DNA from: Eubacteriales bacterium
GTDB lineage: Bacteria > Bacillota > Clostridia > Oscillospirales > CAG-272
Assembly (NCBI GenBank): GCA_045537235.1
Contig: JAZSPB010000156.1
Location: 92,638 to 156,637 of the forward strand
Reading direction: 5' to 3'
Length of the DNA: 64,000 nt
The translations under genes were made by a program, and so were the position numbers. The notes beneath the pieces are model-generated. The model did no database searches and was not told the DNA's origin. It saw only the letters and a program-made list of their open reading frames with translations. The number at the start of each line of letters is the position of its first letter. The stretch's first letter is position 1. Below are positions 1-9,458 of this stretch, one piece after another.

Positions 1-740
1 TAAAGTTCAAATTCATAGGACATACAGCTCAAAACAAACACGGGAGCCGTCTCGGTTCGAAGAATTCTTTTGCCGAGACTGACCGAAAAGATTCCGAGTG
101 CCTTTGCCAGCTTGACCTCATCGCGTGAAAATCCGCCTTCACTTCCTATCATGATGGCGATAGAACCGACTTTCTGTTCTTTCGCTTTGACAAGCGCCTG
201 TTTGAGTGAGGTTGTATCCTCATCCTCATAACAGATCAAAGCCAGTTCAGCCTTTGCCGCCTCCCGTAGCGCGTCCGCAAAGTCAATCGTTTGCTTCACT
301 TGAGGAATACACCCTCGACCGCATTGCTTTGCCGCCTCAACGGCAATTCGATTTCGCCGCTCCGTCTTGCGTCCTTCGGTGTCGGATTTGGATTTGGCAA
401 TACAGCGTTCACTTTCAAACGGGATAATTTCCGTTACTCCACACTCTACCGCTTTTTGTATTACTGTCTCCAATTTATCACCTTTGGGTAAACCTTGAAA
501 CAAACTGATTTTAAGAGGCGGCTCTCCGGGCGCATCCTGCTCACCGAGAATCTCGGCAACCACACAGGTTTCCTCAAAAGAGACCAACCTACAGTCATAT
601 TCACGCGCAGATTTATCACATACGGTAATGCACTCCCCTTTTGCCATTCGAAGCGAATACGAAATATGCTTGGCATCATCTCCGTATATTTTGATAAAGC
701 CGTCGGAAATTTGCTCACGATCTACAAAAAATTTTGGCAT
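1..740 (-). CDS. rsmE: 16S rRNA (uracil1498-N3)-methyltransferase RsmE; C-terminus at or just beyond the window edge
   Basis: Not in the ORF track because it runs to the edge. My own minus-strand translation from the ATG at 740-738 gives MPKFFVDREQISDGFIKIYGDDAKHISYSLRMAKGE...IMIGSEGGFSRDEV...RILRTETAPVFVLS. These are RsmE-type motifs, and the gene sits in the canonical dnaJ-prmA-rsmE order. Confidence 0.8.
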   Translation of the reverse strand, partial: MPKFFVDREQISDGFIKIYGDDAKHISYSLRMAKGECITVCDKSAREYDCRLVSFEETCVVAEILGEQDAPGEPPLKISLFQGLPKGDKLETVIQKAVECGVTEIIPFESERCIAKSKSDTEGRKTERRNRIAVEAAKQCGRGCIPQVKQTIDFADALREAAKAELALICYEDEDTTSLKQALVKAKEQKVGSIAIMIGSEGGFSRDEVKLAKALGIFSVSLGKRILRTETAPVFVLSCMSYEFEL

Positions 741-856
741 ATCCTTCTCCCAAACAATGATAGTATTAACATTATAATATATTTTTCACAAAATGTCAAA
801 GGTTTTTTTGTTAGTTTTGCTCCAAAATATTATTTTTTGAATTTTATTTTTAATAA

Positions 857-899
857 ATAAAAAAAGAAAAAGGCTAACGAAAAAAGAATCGTTAACCTT
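857..899 (-). terminator. Rho-independent terminator downstream of prmA
   Basis: On the minus strand, a GGTTAACGA / TCGTTAGCC stem (one mismatch) is followed by TTTTTCTTTTTTTATT. Confidence 0.6.
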
Positions 900-906
900 T
901 GATAAT

Positions 907-1875
907 TTACACTTTTTGTTTTTTGACAGCCAAAGCGCACCAGTCATTATCCAGTGAAGTTTCCACGATCACAAAGCCGTGAGCCTCAAATGCAGAGATC
1001 ACATCATCAGCTCTTGCACCGATAATGCCGGATGCCAACAGAACCGCATCTTCTTTCATGTACTTGCCCACGTCGGGTATCATTCTTATAATGATATCCG
1101 CAACGATATTGGCCGTGATGAGATCATAGGGACCGCCGTCAAGATCGACATTTTTCAGAAGGTCAGATTGTTCGCAGGTTACGTTTTCACAGTCATTGGT
1201 CAGGATATTATCCTCCGCAACACGAACAGCAACCTCGTCAATGTCATAGGCTTTACACTCCTTGGCTCCAAGCTTTGAGGCGCAAATGGCAAGGATTCCG
1301 CTTCCGCATCCCACGTCAAGCATTCTCTGCCCCGGCTTCGTATACTTTTCCAAAAGACCGATGACAAGTCGTGTCGTTTCATGAGTGCCTGTTCCAAATG
1401 CCATCCCGGGATCCATTGTAACAATAATGTCATTGGGCTGCTTATCATATTTTTCCCAAGCGGGCACGATAACGATTCGCTCACCGATTCGGATCGGCTT
1501 GTAATAATCCTTCCAAGAATTCGCCCAATCTTCTTCATTGACACCGACCACTTCCACCTTGGCTTCCAGCCCCTCCTCATCACACCGTTCGTTCAAGAAG
1601 GTAAGCGCTTCATTATAATTGCGCTCCACGGGAATGAATACGGAAACCGATGCAATCGTCTTGTCGGCGTTGAGGATAGACTCATCAATCAAGTCGCCAT
1701 AGCAGGTCTTGAGATCCACATCGCTAAAATCCTCGATCATCAAGTTGTTGCTGATCATGCTCATGATGGCGGTCAAGGAATCCAATTTTTCCAGCTTGAC
1801 GGTTGCCTTAATTTGATGCCATTCCTTGGTGTCGGAGGATGCACCGCACAAATAATCTTTATCAATCATAGTCAA
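907..1875 (-). CDS. prmA: Ribosomal protein L11 methyltransferase
   Basis: 322-aa ORF with the SAM-binding motif LDVGCGSGILAI and PrmA-like length. It lies directly downstream of dnaJ. Confidence 0.9.
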   Translation of the reverse strand: MTMIDKDYLCGASSDTKEWHQIKATVKLEKLDSLTAIMSMISNNLMIEDFSDVDLKTCYGDLIDESILNADKTIASVSVFIPVERNYNEALTFLNERCDEEGLEAKVEVVGVNEEDWANSWKDYYKPIRIGERIVIVPAWEKYDKQPNDIIVTMDPGMAFGTGTHETTRLVIGLLEKYTKPGQRMLDVGCGSGILAICASKLGAKECKAYDIDEVAVRVAEDNILTNDCENVTCEQSDLLKNVDLDGGPYDLITANIVADIIIRMIPDVGKYMKEDAVLLASGIIGARADDVISAFEAHGFVIVETSLDNDWCALAVKKQKV

Positions 1876-3024
1876 TCACTCAAACATCTTTCTGAATTTT
1901 TTGAAGATGGTGCTCTTCTTTTCGTAATTGTTTTCACCACAACTTTCAGCAAAGGCACGCATATGTTCCTTCTGCTTTTCGCTGAGCCCTTTGGGAACTT
2001 CCACATTGACGGTGAAAATGAGGTCTCCGCGCCGTCCCGAGTTGTTGACATACGGAATTCCCTTTTGCTTCACGGTAAAACGAGTGCCCGGTTGTGTCCC
2101 TTCGGGAATAGAATACTTCATCTCCCCTTCCAGTGTGGGAATGGAAATTTCCGCGCCCAAAGTCGCCTCGGCAATGGTAATGGGAACATCACAATAAATG
2201 TTATATCCGTCGCGTTCGAAAACATCATGTCTCTTGACGCGGACGGTTATGATCAAATCACCCGTCGAGCCGCCGTTTCGTCCGTCACAGCCCTCGCCGC
2301 GAAGCGCGATACGCTCTCCGTCATCGATACCTGCGGGAATGGACACACCCAGCTTCTTAACAACCTTAATAAAGCCGGTTCCGCGACAGTTACTGCAAGG
2401 ATTTTTGATGGTCTTTCCCGCGCCTCGGCAAGAATCGCAGGTAACAGTAGATTGGAACTGCATTCCGCCCATGCGTTGTACCACTCTTCTCTGTCCGCTT
2501 CCGCCGCAAGCACTGCACGTCTCGGGGCTGGTTCCTTTTGCCGCACCGCTTCCCGAACAATCGGGACACTTTTGGATGCGATTATAAGAAACATCCTTTT
2601 TCACACCAAAAGCGGCTTCCTCAAACGTAACAGTTACCGTTGCACCAATATCATCACCGCGTCTGGGGCCGTTTCTTCTGGCGCTCGAGTTGCCGCCAAA
2701 GCCGCCACCGAAGATATTACCAAATATATCCCCAAGGTCGCCAAAACCGCCGAAGCCACCAAAGCCATCAAAACCACCGGCTCCCGCACCGCCTTGTTCA
2801 AAGGCTGCATGACCGAACTGATCATACTGCGCACGTTTCTGTGAATCGGAAAGCACATCATATGCTTCATTTACTTCCTTAAATTTGACCTCGGCCTCTT
2901 TATCACCGGGATTCATATCGGGGTGATATTTTTTTGCAAGTCCGCGGTAAGCTTTTTTGATGGTCGCTTCATCCGCATTTTTAGCTACACCGAGGACTTC
3001 ATAATAGTCTCTTTTTTCTGCCAT
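1876..3024 (-). CDS. dnaJ: Molecular chaperone DnaJ
   Basis: J-domain with HPD (YHPDMNPGD), a G/F-rich linker, and four CxxCxGxG zinc-finger repeats ([32 protein letters not shown]). Confidence 0.97.
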   Translation of the reverse strand: MAEKRDYYEVLGVAKNADEATIKKAYRGLAKKYHPDMNPGDKEAEVKFKEVNEAYDVLSDSQKRAQYDQFGHAAFEQGGAGAGGFDGFGGFGGFGDLGDIFGNIFGGGFGGNSSARRNGPRRGDDIGATVTVTFEEAAFGVKKDVSYNRIQKCPDCSGSGAAKGTSPETCSACGGSGQRRVVQRMGGMQFQSTVTCDSCRGAGKTIKNPCSNCRGTGFIKVVKKLGVSIPAGIDDGERIALRGEGCDGRNGGSTGDLIITVRVKRHDVFERDGYNIYCDVPITIAEATLGAEISIPTLEGEMKYSIPEGTQPGTRFTVKQKGIPYVNNSGRRGDLIFTVNVEVPKGLSEKQKEHMRAFAESCGENNYEKKSTIFKKFRKMFE

Positions 3025-3102
3025 ATCTGACTGTTCCTTTTATTGCCTTATGAAACAACTCTGTGGGAAAGGAGTGACCTTCCCCACGAGAGTGCGTATA
3101 TT

Positions 3103-4938
3103 TTAGCCTTGCGTCTTATCTTCGTAATCGGCGTTGTAGTAGGTAGAATCGCCGTTCTGCTGATCGCCGCCCATATTGCCCATATCGGGACCTGCGCCCT
3201 GTGCACCACTCTGCTTATAAAGCTTTTCGGAAAGTGCATAGAATGCCTTTTCCAGAGCTTCGGTATCAGCCTTGATTGCATCGGTGTCGCCGCCCTTAAG
3301 GGTCTCGCGAAGCTTTTCAATAGCTGCCTTAACCTCGGATTTATCGTCTTCGGGAATCTTATCTCCGATTTCGCCAAGCGTCTTCTCGCTCTGGAAAATA
3401 AGAGATTCGGCATGATTTTTGGTGTCTACCGCTTCCTTCTGCTTCTTGTCTTCCTCGGCATACTTCTCGGCTTCCTTCACAGCCTTATCGATATCCTCTT
3501 GAGACATATTGGTGGAAGACGTGATAGTGATATGAGTCTCCTTACCGGTGCCCTTATCCTGTGCACTTACGTTTACGATACCGTTCGCATCAATATCGAA
3601 GGTAACCTCGATCTGAGGAACGCCGCGAGGAGCTGCGGGAATACCGTCGAGGCTAAAGCGACCGAGAGTCGTATTGCCTGCCGCCATTTCACGCTCGCCC
3701 TGAAGAACATGGATCTCAACCGAAGTCTGACTGTCAGCCGCAGTGGAGAATACCTGGCTCTTCTTCACGGGGATGGTGGTGTTTCTGTCGATAATTCTGG
3801 TAAACACACCGCCAAGGGTCTCAATGCCCAGAGACAAAGGAGTAACGTCCAAAAGCAGAAGATCCTTTACATCGTCGCCAAGAACACCGCCTTGGATAGC
3901 AGCACCGAGAGCCACACACTCATCGGGATTAATACCCTTGAAGGGATCCTTGCCAATAAACTTCTTAACTGCATCCTGAACAGCGGGAATTCTGGTAGAA
4001 CCACCGACAAGAAGTACCTTGTCGATTTGAGATGCATTAATACCTGCATCGCGAAGAACCTGCTGAGTAGGCTTCATGGTAGCGTCTACAAGGTCGGCTG
4101 TAATGCGGTCGAACTCTGCTCTGGTGAGAGTTGCATCAAAGTGGAGAGGTCCGTTGGCATTTGCCGTAATAAAGGGCAGATTGATATTGCTGCTGGACAT
4201 ACCGGAAAGCTCGATCTTTGCTTTCTCTGCTGCTTCTTTAAGTCTCTGAAGAACCATCTTGTCATTACGAAGATCAATGCCGTTTTCAGCCTTGAACTTG
4301 TCAGCCATCCAGTCGATCACTCGCTGGTCGAAGTCATCTCCGCCCAGCTTGTTGTTTCCTGCCGTCGCAAGAACCTCGAACACACCGTCGGAAATCTCAA
4401 GAAGAGATACATCAAAGGTACCTCCGCCAAGGTCAAATACCATGATCTTCTGATCGGTCTCTTTATCCATACCGTAAGCAAGAGCGGCGGCCGTAGGCTC
4501 ATTGATGATTCTCTTAACATCAAGACCTGCGATCTTACCGGCGTCCTTCGTTGCCTGTCTCTGGGCATCCGAGAAGTAAGCGGGAACCGTAATAACCGCC
4601 TCGGTAACAGTGGTACCAAGATATGCTTCTGCATCCGATTTGAGTTTCTGAAGGATCATCGCGGAAATCTCCTGGGGAGTGTAGTCCTTTCCGTCGATAG
4701 AAGTCTTAAAATTGGTTCCCATCTCGCGCTTAACGCTACTGATCGTACGGTCAGGATTGGTGATTGCTTGACGCTTTGCCACCTGACCTACCATACGCTC
4801 TCCGGTCTTGGAGAATGCGACAACAGAGGGGGTGGTACGCGCCCCTTCGGGGTTGGGGATGACGATAGGCTCGCCGCCCTCAAACACTGCGACACAAGAG
4901 TTGGTCGTTCCAAGATCTATTCCGATAATTTTTCCCAT
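3103..4938 (-). CDS. dnaK: Molecular chaperone DnaK (Hsp70)
   Basis: 611 aa with [17 protein letters not shown] and [11 protein letters not shown] Hsp70 signatures. Confidence 0.98.
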   Translation of the reverse strand: MGKIIGIDLGTTNSCVAVFEGGEPIVIPNPEGARTTPSVVAFSKTGERMVGQVAKRQAITNPDRTISSVKREMGTNFKTSIDGKDYTPQEISAMILQKLKSDAEAYLGTTVTEAVITVPAYFSDAQRQATKDAGKIAGLDVKRIINEPTAAALAYGMDKETDQKIMVFDLGGGTFDVSLLEISDGVFEVLATAGNNKLGGDDFDQRVIDWMADKFKAENGIDLRNDKMVLQRLKEAAEKAKIELSGMSSSNINLPFITANANGPLHFDATLTRAEFDRITADLVDATMKPTQQVLRDAGINASQIDKVLLVGGSTRIPAVQDAVKKFIGKDPFKGINPDECVALGAAIQGGVLGDDVKDLLLLDVTPLSLGIETLGGVFTRIIDRNTTIPVKKSQVFSTAADSQTSVEIHVLQGEREMAAGNTTLGRFSLDGIPAAPRGVPQIEVTFDIDANGIVNVSAQDKGTGKETHITITSSTNMSQEDIDKAVKEAEKYAEEDKKQKEAVDTKNHAESLIFQSEKTLGEIGDKIPEDDKSEVKAAIEKLRETLKGGDTDAIKADTEALEKAFYALSEKLYKQSGAQGAGPDMGNMGGDQQNGDSTYYNADYEDKTQG

Positions 4939-4989
4939 GATTGTATTTCCTCCTAAATAGTTATTGATATTAATTTATAATGTAGCCAA

Positions 4990-5553
4990 TCAGTTGGCAA
5001 CCTTAACCATTGCATAACGGATGACCTTATCACCCTTGGTATAGCCCTTCATCAAGACCTCTGTGATCTCACTCTCGCCATACTTCTCGTCATCCACGTG
5101 CATTACTGCATTATGGAATTTCGGGTCGAAGGTTTTTCCCACACTCTCAATTTCCCGAACGCCCAGTTTTTCTAACGTCTCGCGGAAGCTCTTGAGAGTC
5201 AGCTCCAATCCTTTGGAAAGCCCCTCCGCATCTTTGCAAGCCTCGGCGCGTTCCAAATTGTCAAGAACCGGCAAAATAGAAGTCAACACATCGGCACAGG
5301 CATCCCCGTAAACACCTTCACGTTCCTTTGCCGAGCGCTTGCGGAAATTGTCATACTCTGCAAGCATACGCATATACTTTTCGTTGATTTCATCAGCGCG
5401 GCGGTTGGCTTCTTCCAAGTCGCTTTCCAGCTTCTTGATTTTCTTTTTATCCTTGTCGCCCGATTTGGACGCTTTAGTCTTTTCTTCTTTCTCCGCCTCG
5501 GAGGAAAGCTCCTCGTTAAGCTCTTGATTTTCAGTTGTCTTGTTTTCCTGCAT
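4990..5553 (-). CDS. grpE: Nucleotide exchange factor GrpE
   Basis: GrpE-like coiled-coil N-terminal half and a C-terminal beta domain (HNAVMHV...GYTKGDKVIRYAMVKV). I moved the start to the ATG at 5553 (MQENK), which has GGAGGG 8 nt upstream. The ORF-track start at 5589 has no RBS. Confidence 0.9.
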   Translation of the reverse strand: MQENKTTENQELNEELSSEAEKEEKTKASKSGDKDKKKIKKLESDLEEANRRADEINEKYMRMLAEYDNFRKRSAKEREGVYGDACADVLTSILPVLDNLERAEACKDAEGLSKGLELTLKSFRETLEKLGVREIESVGKTFDPKFHNAVMHVDDEKYGESEITEVLMKGYTKGDKVIRYAMVKVAN

Positions 5554-6616
5554 TTTTTGTTCCCTCCGGAAGTTTCTTGTTGTTTTCATCTATGATGTTA
5601 GCAATGTTTTCGCCAAGCTCCTCGACCGTTGCCAAAACCTTGGCATAGTCCATACGAAGCGGGCCGATAACACCAATGGCTCCCACTGTATGTCCGTTCT
5701 TTTTGATCGGTTTAAAAATGACCGAAGAATTGTTCATCACATTAACCGAACTTTCCGATCCGATAATCACGTTAACATCATCATCCGCCGTCTCGCCGGA
5801 TACCAAATTCAGAATATCCTCCTTGTGCTCAATAGCCGTCAGCAATTGGCCAAAGCGCTCGGAATCCGAGAATTCGGGATATTGAAGCAATCGATTCAAG
5901 CCGCTGATACGAAGCTCTCCATCCTCCACCTCGTTCATAGTGTCGTATATCACCTTAATGATCGGACGGATCAGCGTTGCATCCTCCCCCATTTCATCCT
6001 CTAACTTCATGAGGATGGGGAGTGTGATCTCATAATTGGATAAACCTGCCAAATTGTCATTAAGAACTTTATTGGTCTTTTCCAAAAGCGCGGGAGAGAC
6101 CTCACAAGGAAGAGAGATCTTTCGTGTTTTCACGGTTCCGCCGGCGGTGATCATGACCAACAGGATCCGAAATTCATCGATCTCTATTGCTTCAAATTTG
6201 GAAAAGCTCAAAGATGTGAACTTGGGCTTAACGGCAAAACCGGTGTAATTGGTCATATTGGATGCCAGCTTGGTTGCCGTTTCAAGCATCTGATCCAACT
6301 CATTCATCTTGGATTTGAGAATTTGATTGATCTCAGAGACTTCTTTGGCCGTCATAGCATAATGCTGTACCAAGGAATCCACATAAAACCGATATCCCAA
6401 CTCACTGGGAATTCTGCCGGCCGAGGTGTGCGGTTTCTCCAAGAAGCCCATTTCCTCAAGTTCTGACATTTCATTACGGATGGTAGCAGACGAGCAACTC
6501 AACTGCCGATTTTCCACAATATACTTGGAACCAACAGGCTCACCGCCCGCAATATGAGCCTCCACAATTGCCTTTAGTATTAGCTTTTTTCTTTCGCTCA
6601 ATTCAGCATCGGTCAC
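5531..6616 (-). CDS. hrcA: Heat-inducible transcription repressor HrcA
   Basis: HrcA-like winged-helix N-terminus (LSERKKLILKAIVEAHIAGGEPVGSKYI...SSATIRNEMSELEEMGFLEKPHTSAGRIPS). I moved the start to the GTG at 6616, preceded by GGAGGTG. The ORF-track start at 6682 would run through the CIRCE operator. Confidence 0.9.
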   Translation of the reverse strand: MTDAELSERKKLILKAIVEAHIAGGEPVGSKYIVENRQLSCSSATIRNEMSELEEMGFLEKPHTSAGRIPSELGYRFYVDSLVQHYAMTAKEVSEINQILKSKMNELDQMLETATKLASNMTNYTGFAVKPKFTSLSFSKFEAIEIDEFRILLVMITAGGTVKTRKISLPCEVSPALLEKTNKVLNDNLAGLSNYEITLPILMKLEDEMGEDATLIRPIIKVIYDTMNEVEDGELRISGLNRLLQYPEFSDSERFGQLLTAIEHKEDILNLVSGETADDDVNVIIGSESSVNVMNNSSVIFKPIKKNGHTVGAIGVIGPLRMDYAKVLATVEELGENIANIIDENNKKLPEGTKNAGKQDN

Positions 6617-6675
6617 GCGTTTCCACCTCCGTTCTGTTGAAAAAAAGACTCGAAGCGGTAAATTACAACTTGGTT

Positions 6676-6702
6676 TTAGCACTCCTTTGCTTTAAGTGCT
6701 AA
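6676..6702. promoter_or_regulatory. CIRCE operator (HrcA binding site)
   Basis: TTAGCACTC-N9-AAGTGCTAA, one mismatch to the consensus TTAGCACTC-N9-GAGTGCTAA. It lies between the promoter and the hrcA start. Confidence 0.9.
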
Positions 6703-6712
6703 CCACGCTAAT

Positions 6713-6741
6713 AATTTACCATCTTTCAAGTCTTTTGTCAA
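6713..6741 (-). promoter_or_regulatory. Sigma-A-type promoter of the hrcA-grpE-dnaK-dnaJ operon
   Basis: Minus strand: TTGACA, 17 nt, TAAATT, with TGg immediately upstream of the -10. It sits just upstream of CIRCE. Confidence 0.65.
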
Positions 6742-6832
6742 GAATTATTTCTATTTATTTTTGTTAATATTTTATGAACTACAAAAAAATTCAGCGATTT
6801 TTAGCAAACCACCCACATTTTTTGCTAACTCC

Positions 6833-7762
6833 TTAAAGGACACTCTGCAAGAACTGTTGCAATCTGGGACTCTTGGGGGCGGAGAAAATCTCCTCGGGCG
6901 TTCCCACTTCCTCGATTTCGCCGTCAGCCATAAATATGATCTTATCAGCGACCTCTCTTGCAAATCCCATCTCGTGGGTCACGGCGACCATGGTCATTCC
7001 CTCATCAGCAAGTTGCTTCATGAGATCAAGAACCTCTCCCACCATTTCGGGGTCAAGTGCCGAAGTAGGCTCATCGAAAAGCATGACCTTGGGATCCATG
7101 GCAAGAGCGCGAATGATCGCCACTCTCTGCTTTTGACCGCCCGAGAGCCTGGAAGGATACTCATCGCGTTTTTCGGCAAGACCGATACGCTCAAGAAGCT
7201 CCATGCCTCTCTTTTCCGCTTCCTCCTGGGTCTTAAGCTTCAACTGCACAGGAGCCAAAGTCAAATTCTGCATTACCGTCAAATTGTTAAACAGATTGAA
7301 GTGCTGGAATACCATTCCCATTTTTTGTCGGGCAATATTGATATCAATTCCATTTTCGGTCTGGATCAACTTCAGTGCGTTCTTGTAGTCACCGCCCTCA
7401 TTTTTTTTCAAAAGTTCTTCCTGTATGACCTTATTAGTCAAATACCGTTTCAGCTCATCCTCGGAATATTTTGAAAATGCCGTGTCTTCTCCATAGGCTT
7501 TAAGAAGCTTTTGAAAGGTTCGGCTACTCTCAATTACTTCCGAATGAAGATACGGATCTGCGGGAGTCAGCAAGTTCTCTCCTACCCAAACCTCACCTCG
7601 GGTAGGCTCCTCCAAAAGGTTGATGCACCGCAAAAGCGTACTTTTTCCACCGCCGGATGGGCCGATAATAACCACTTGCTCGCCGGCTTCGATGTCGCAA
7701 GATACTCCGTGCAAAACCTTTATCTTCCCAAAATTTTTATATACATTTTTAACGCTTATCAC
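6833..7762 (-). CDS. Amino-acid ABC transporter ATP-binding protein (GlnQ/HisP-like) with a large internal insertion
   Basis: Walker [11 protein letters not shown]-loop MVFQHFNLF, signature LSGGQKQR and Walker [12 protein letters not shown]. About 75 extra residues lie between Walker A and the Q-loop. Confidence 0.9.
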   Translation of the reverse strand: MISVKNVYKNFGKIKVLHGVSCDIEAGEQVVIIGPSGGGKSTLLRCINLLEEPTRGEVWVGENLLTPADPYLHSEVIESSRTFQKLLKAYGEDTAFSKYSEDELKRYLTNKVIQEELLKKNEGGDYKNALKLIQTENGIDINIARQKMGMVFQHFNLFNNLTVMQNLTLAPVQLKLKTQEEAEKRGMELLERIGLAEKRDEYPSRLSGGQKQRVAIIRALAMDPKVMLFDEPTSALDPEMVGEVLDLMKQLADEGMTMVAVTHEMGFAREVADKIIFMADGEIEEVGTPEEIFSAPKSPRLQQFLQSVL

Positions 7763-8444
7763 TTGCTCTCATCCTCCTCTCAATAAGCTTTATAATTCCC
7801 GTGACAATCAGTATGAGTACGAGGTAAACAAGTGCAAGCACGATATACGGGATAATATACTCGTAAGTGCTGTTTGCAATATTTTGGAATGCCTTTGTGA
7901 TATCCACGATCGTGATAAAACTTACAACCGAGGTCTCTTTTAAAAGAGCAATAAACTCATTTCCCAATGTAGGAACAACATTTTTGATAGCCTGCGGAAG
8001 AACGATCTTTATCATGGTTTTTCCATAAGACAGACCAAGGGCGCGACCCGCTTCTGTTTGACCAATATCCACCGAAAGAATTCCACCTCTCATGATCTCG
8101 GAAACATAAGCACCCGAATTAAGTCCGAAAGCCAAGATAGCCTCGGTCAACAAGGGAATGTTAATGCCAAGCATGGGAAACAAAACATAGTGGATCAGCA
8201 ACAACTGAACAACCATTGGTGTGCCGCGAAAAATAGCAACGTATGTACTGGTTGCTCCGGATAAAACCTTAATCAGCTTATTGGTTCTCGGAAGAATCTT
8301 ACAAGTTGCCAAAAGACATCCGACGACCATTCCGATTAAAAGACCAAACACCGCTATTAAAGCGGTGTTCTTTAGTCCGGTTAAAACATTACGATAACCT
8401 TCGAGTTCAATAAGCTGTCTGTAAAAACTCTGCCAAGCCTCCAT
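7749..8444 (-). CDS. Amino-acid ABC transporter permease (His/Glu/Gln/Arg/opine family)
   Basis: 231 aa, multi-pass membrane protein with an EAA-like loop ([23 protein letters not shown]). It overlaps the ATPase gene. Confidence 0.9.
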   Translation of the reverse strand: MEAWQSFYRQLIELEGYRNVLTGLKNTALIAVFGLLIGMVVGCLLATCKILPRTNKLIKVLSGATSTYVAIFRGTPMVVQLLLIHYVLFPMLGINIPLLTEAILAFGLNSGAYVSEIMRGGILSVDIGQTEAGRALGLSYGKTMIKIVLPQAIKNVVPTLGNEFIALLKETSVVSFITIVDITKAFQNIANSTYEYIIPYIVLALVYLVLILIVTGIIKLIERRMRASDKR

Positions 8445-8447
8445 AGA

Positions 8448-9317
8448 TTACTTGTTAGTGCTTTCCGCAATCATAATTGCAGGCTGCTTATCGAGAATAA
8501 CGGCATCAATCTTACCGTTTGCAAGATCGAGAATTGCCAAAGCACCGGTGGTATATCCCTTGGTTTCCAGATTCTTGAATCCATCATAACCAAAGTCCTC
8601 GTTACCCTCGGAATACATGTACCCGGTGGTTCCATTCTGCGTACCGACCTTAAAAGAAGACGCTTGCTCAGCCAACTTTGCCACGATATCATCTGCGCTC
8701 TTACAATCAGCAAAAACCTTATCGTTCTCGCGCACAACAAGAACCTGAGCAGACTCATAATACTCTGTCGTGAAATCGATGGACTTCTGACGCTCTTCGT
8801 TTACTGTCATACCGGCCATTCCAATGTCAGCCTCGCCGTTCTTTACGGAAATGATAACGGAATCAAACTCCATATCGTAGATATAAAGAGTCTTACCCAA
8901 CTTCTCAGCAAGAAGGGATGCGATCTTCATATCCACACCTGTAAGCTTGTTACCCTCATAATACTCAAAGGGAGGGAAATACGCGTTTGTGGCCACAACA
9001 AGATAGTTGTCTCTCTCTGTACCGGAAGGAACCGAGGAAACAGGATTCTCGTAAACAAAGTCAGAAGAACCATCGAAGAAAGAGTTAATAATTTTATCAA
9101 GCTCTCCGTTTTCCTTCAGTTCGGCAAGAAGAGCGTTGGCTGCTTCCTTAAGAGCGGTGTTTTCCTTGCCAACGGCAAAGGCATACTTTTCTGCAGTAAG
9201 CTCATAGGCGGTATAAACCTTCACCTTACTTTTCTCTGCGCCACCGCACGATGCAAATGCGGTCACACAGCCAAGCACCATAACCAGTGCAAGCACAAAT
9301 GTAATGATCTTTTTCAT
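8448..9317 (-). CDS. Amino-acid ABC transporter substrate-binding lipoprotein
   Basis: Signal peptide with a lipobox (TAFASC). Type-2 periplasmic-binding fold motifs are present (YFPPFEY...GVDMKIA...DSVIISVKNGEADIGMAGMTV). Confidence 0.88.
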   Translation of the reverse strand: MKKIITFVLALVMVLGCVTAFASCGGAEKSKVKVYTAYELTAEKYAFAVGKENTALKEAANALLAELKENGELDKIINSFFDGSSDFVYENPVSSVPSGTERDNYLVVATNAYFPPFEYYEGNKLTGVDMKIASLLAEKLGKTLYIYDMEFDSVIISVKNGEADIGMAGMTVNEERQKSIDFTTEYYESAQVLVVRENDKVFADCKSADDIVAKLAEQASSFKVGTQNGTTGYMYSEGNEDFGYDGFKNLETKGYTTGALAILDLANGKIDAVILDKQPAIMIAESTNK

Positions 9318-9361
9318 TTCAAAAAACCTCCAAAGTTTTAATTTGCTATATTGCTATATTT

Positions 9362-9389
9362 ATTATAACTCTTTTGTTTGTTTTGTCAA
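9362..9389 (-). promoter_or_regulatory. Candidate sigma-A promoter of the ABC importer operon
   Basis: Minus strand: TTGACA, 16 nt, TATAAT, about 45 nt upstream of the RBS and ATG at 9317. Confidence 0.5.
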
Positions 9390-9458
9390 TAGATTTTTGA
9401 AAAAACATTCACTTTTAACGAAAAGTAAGGTGCCAATATTACAAATTCGAATATTTAT

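Noticed and set aside
3043-4956. 637-aa plus-strand ORF covering the whole dnaK locus.
   Set aside because: It is an antisense shadow of the highly conserved dnaK frame. Its composition is low-complexity (Leu/Ile/Gly/Arg-rich), it has no RBS, and the minus-strand Hsp70 call is unambiguous.
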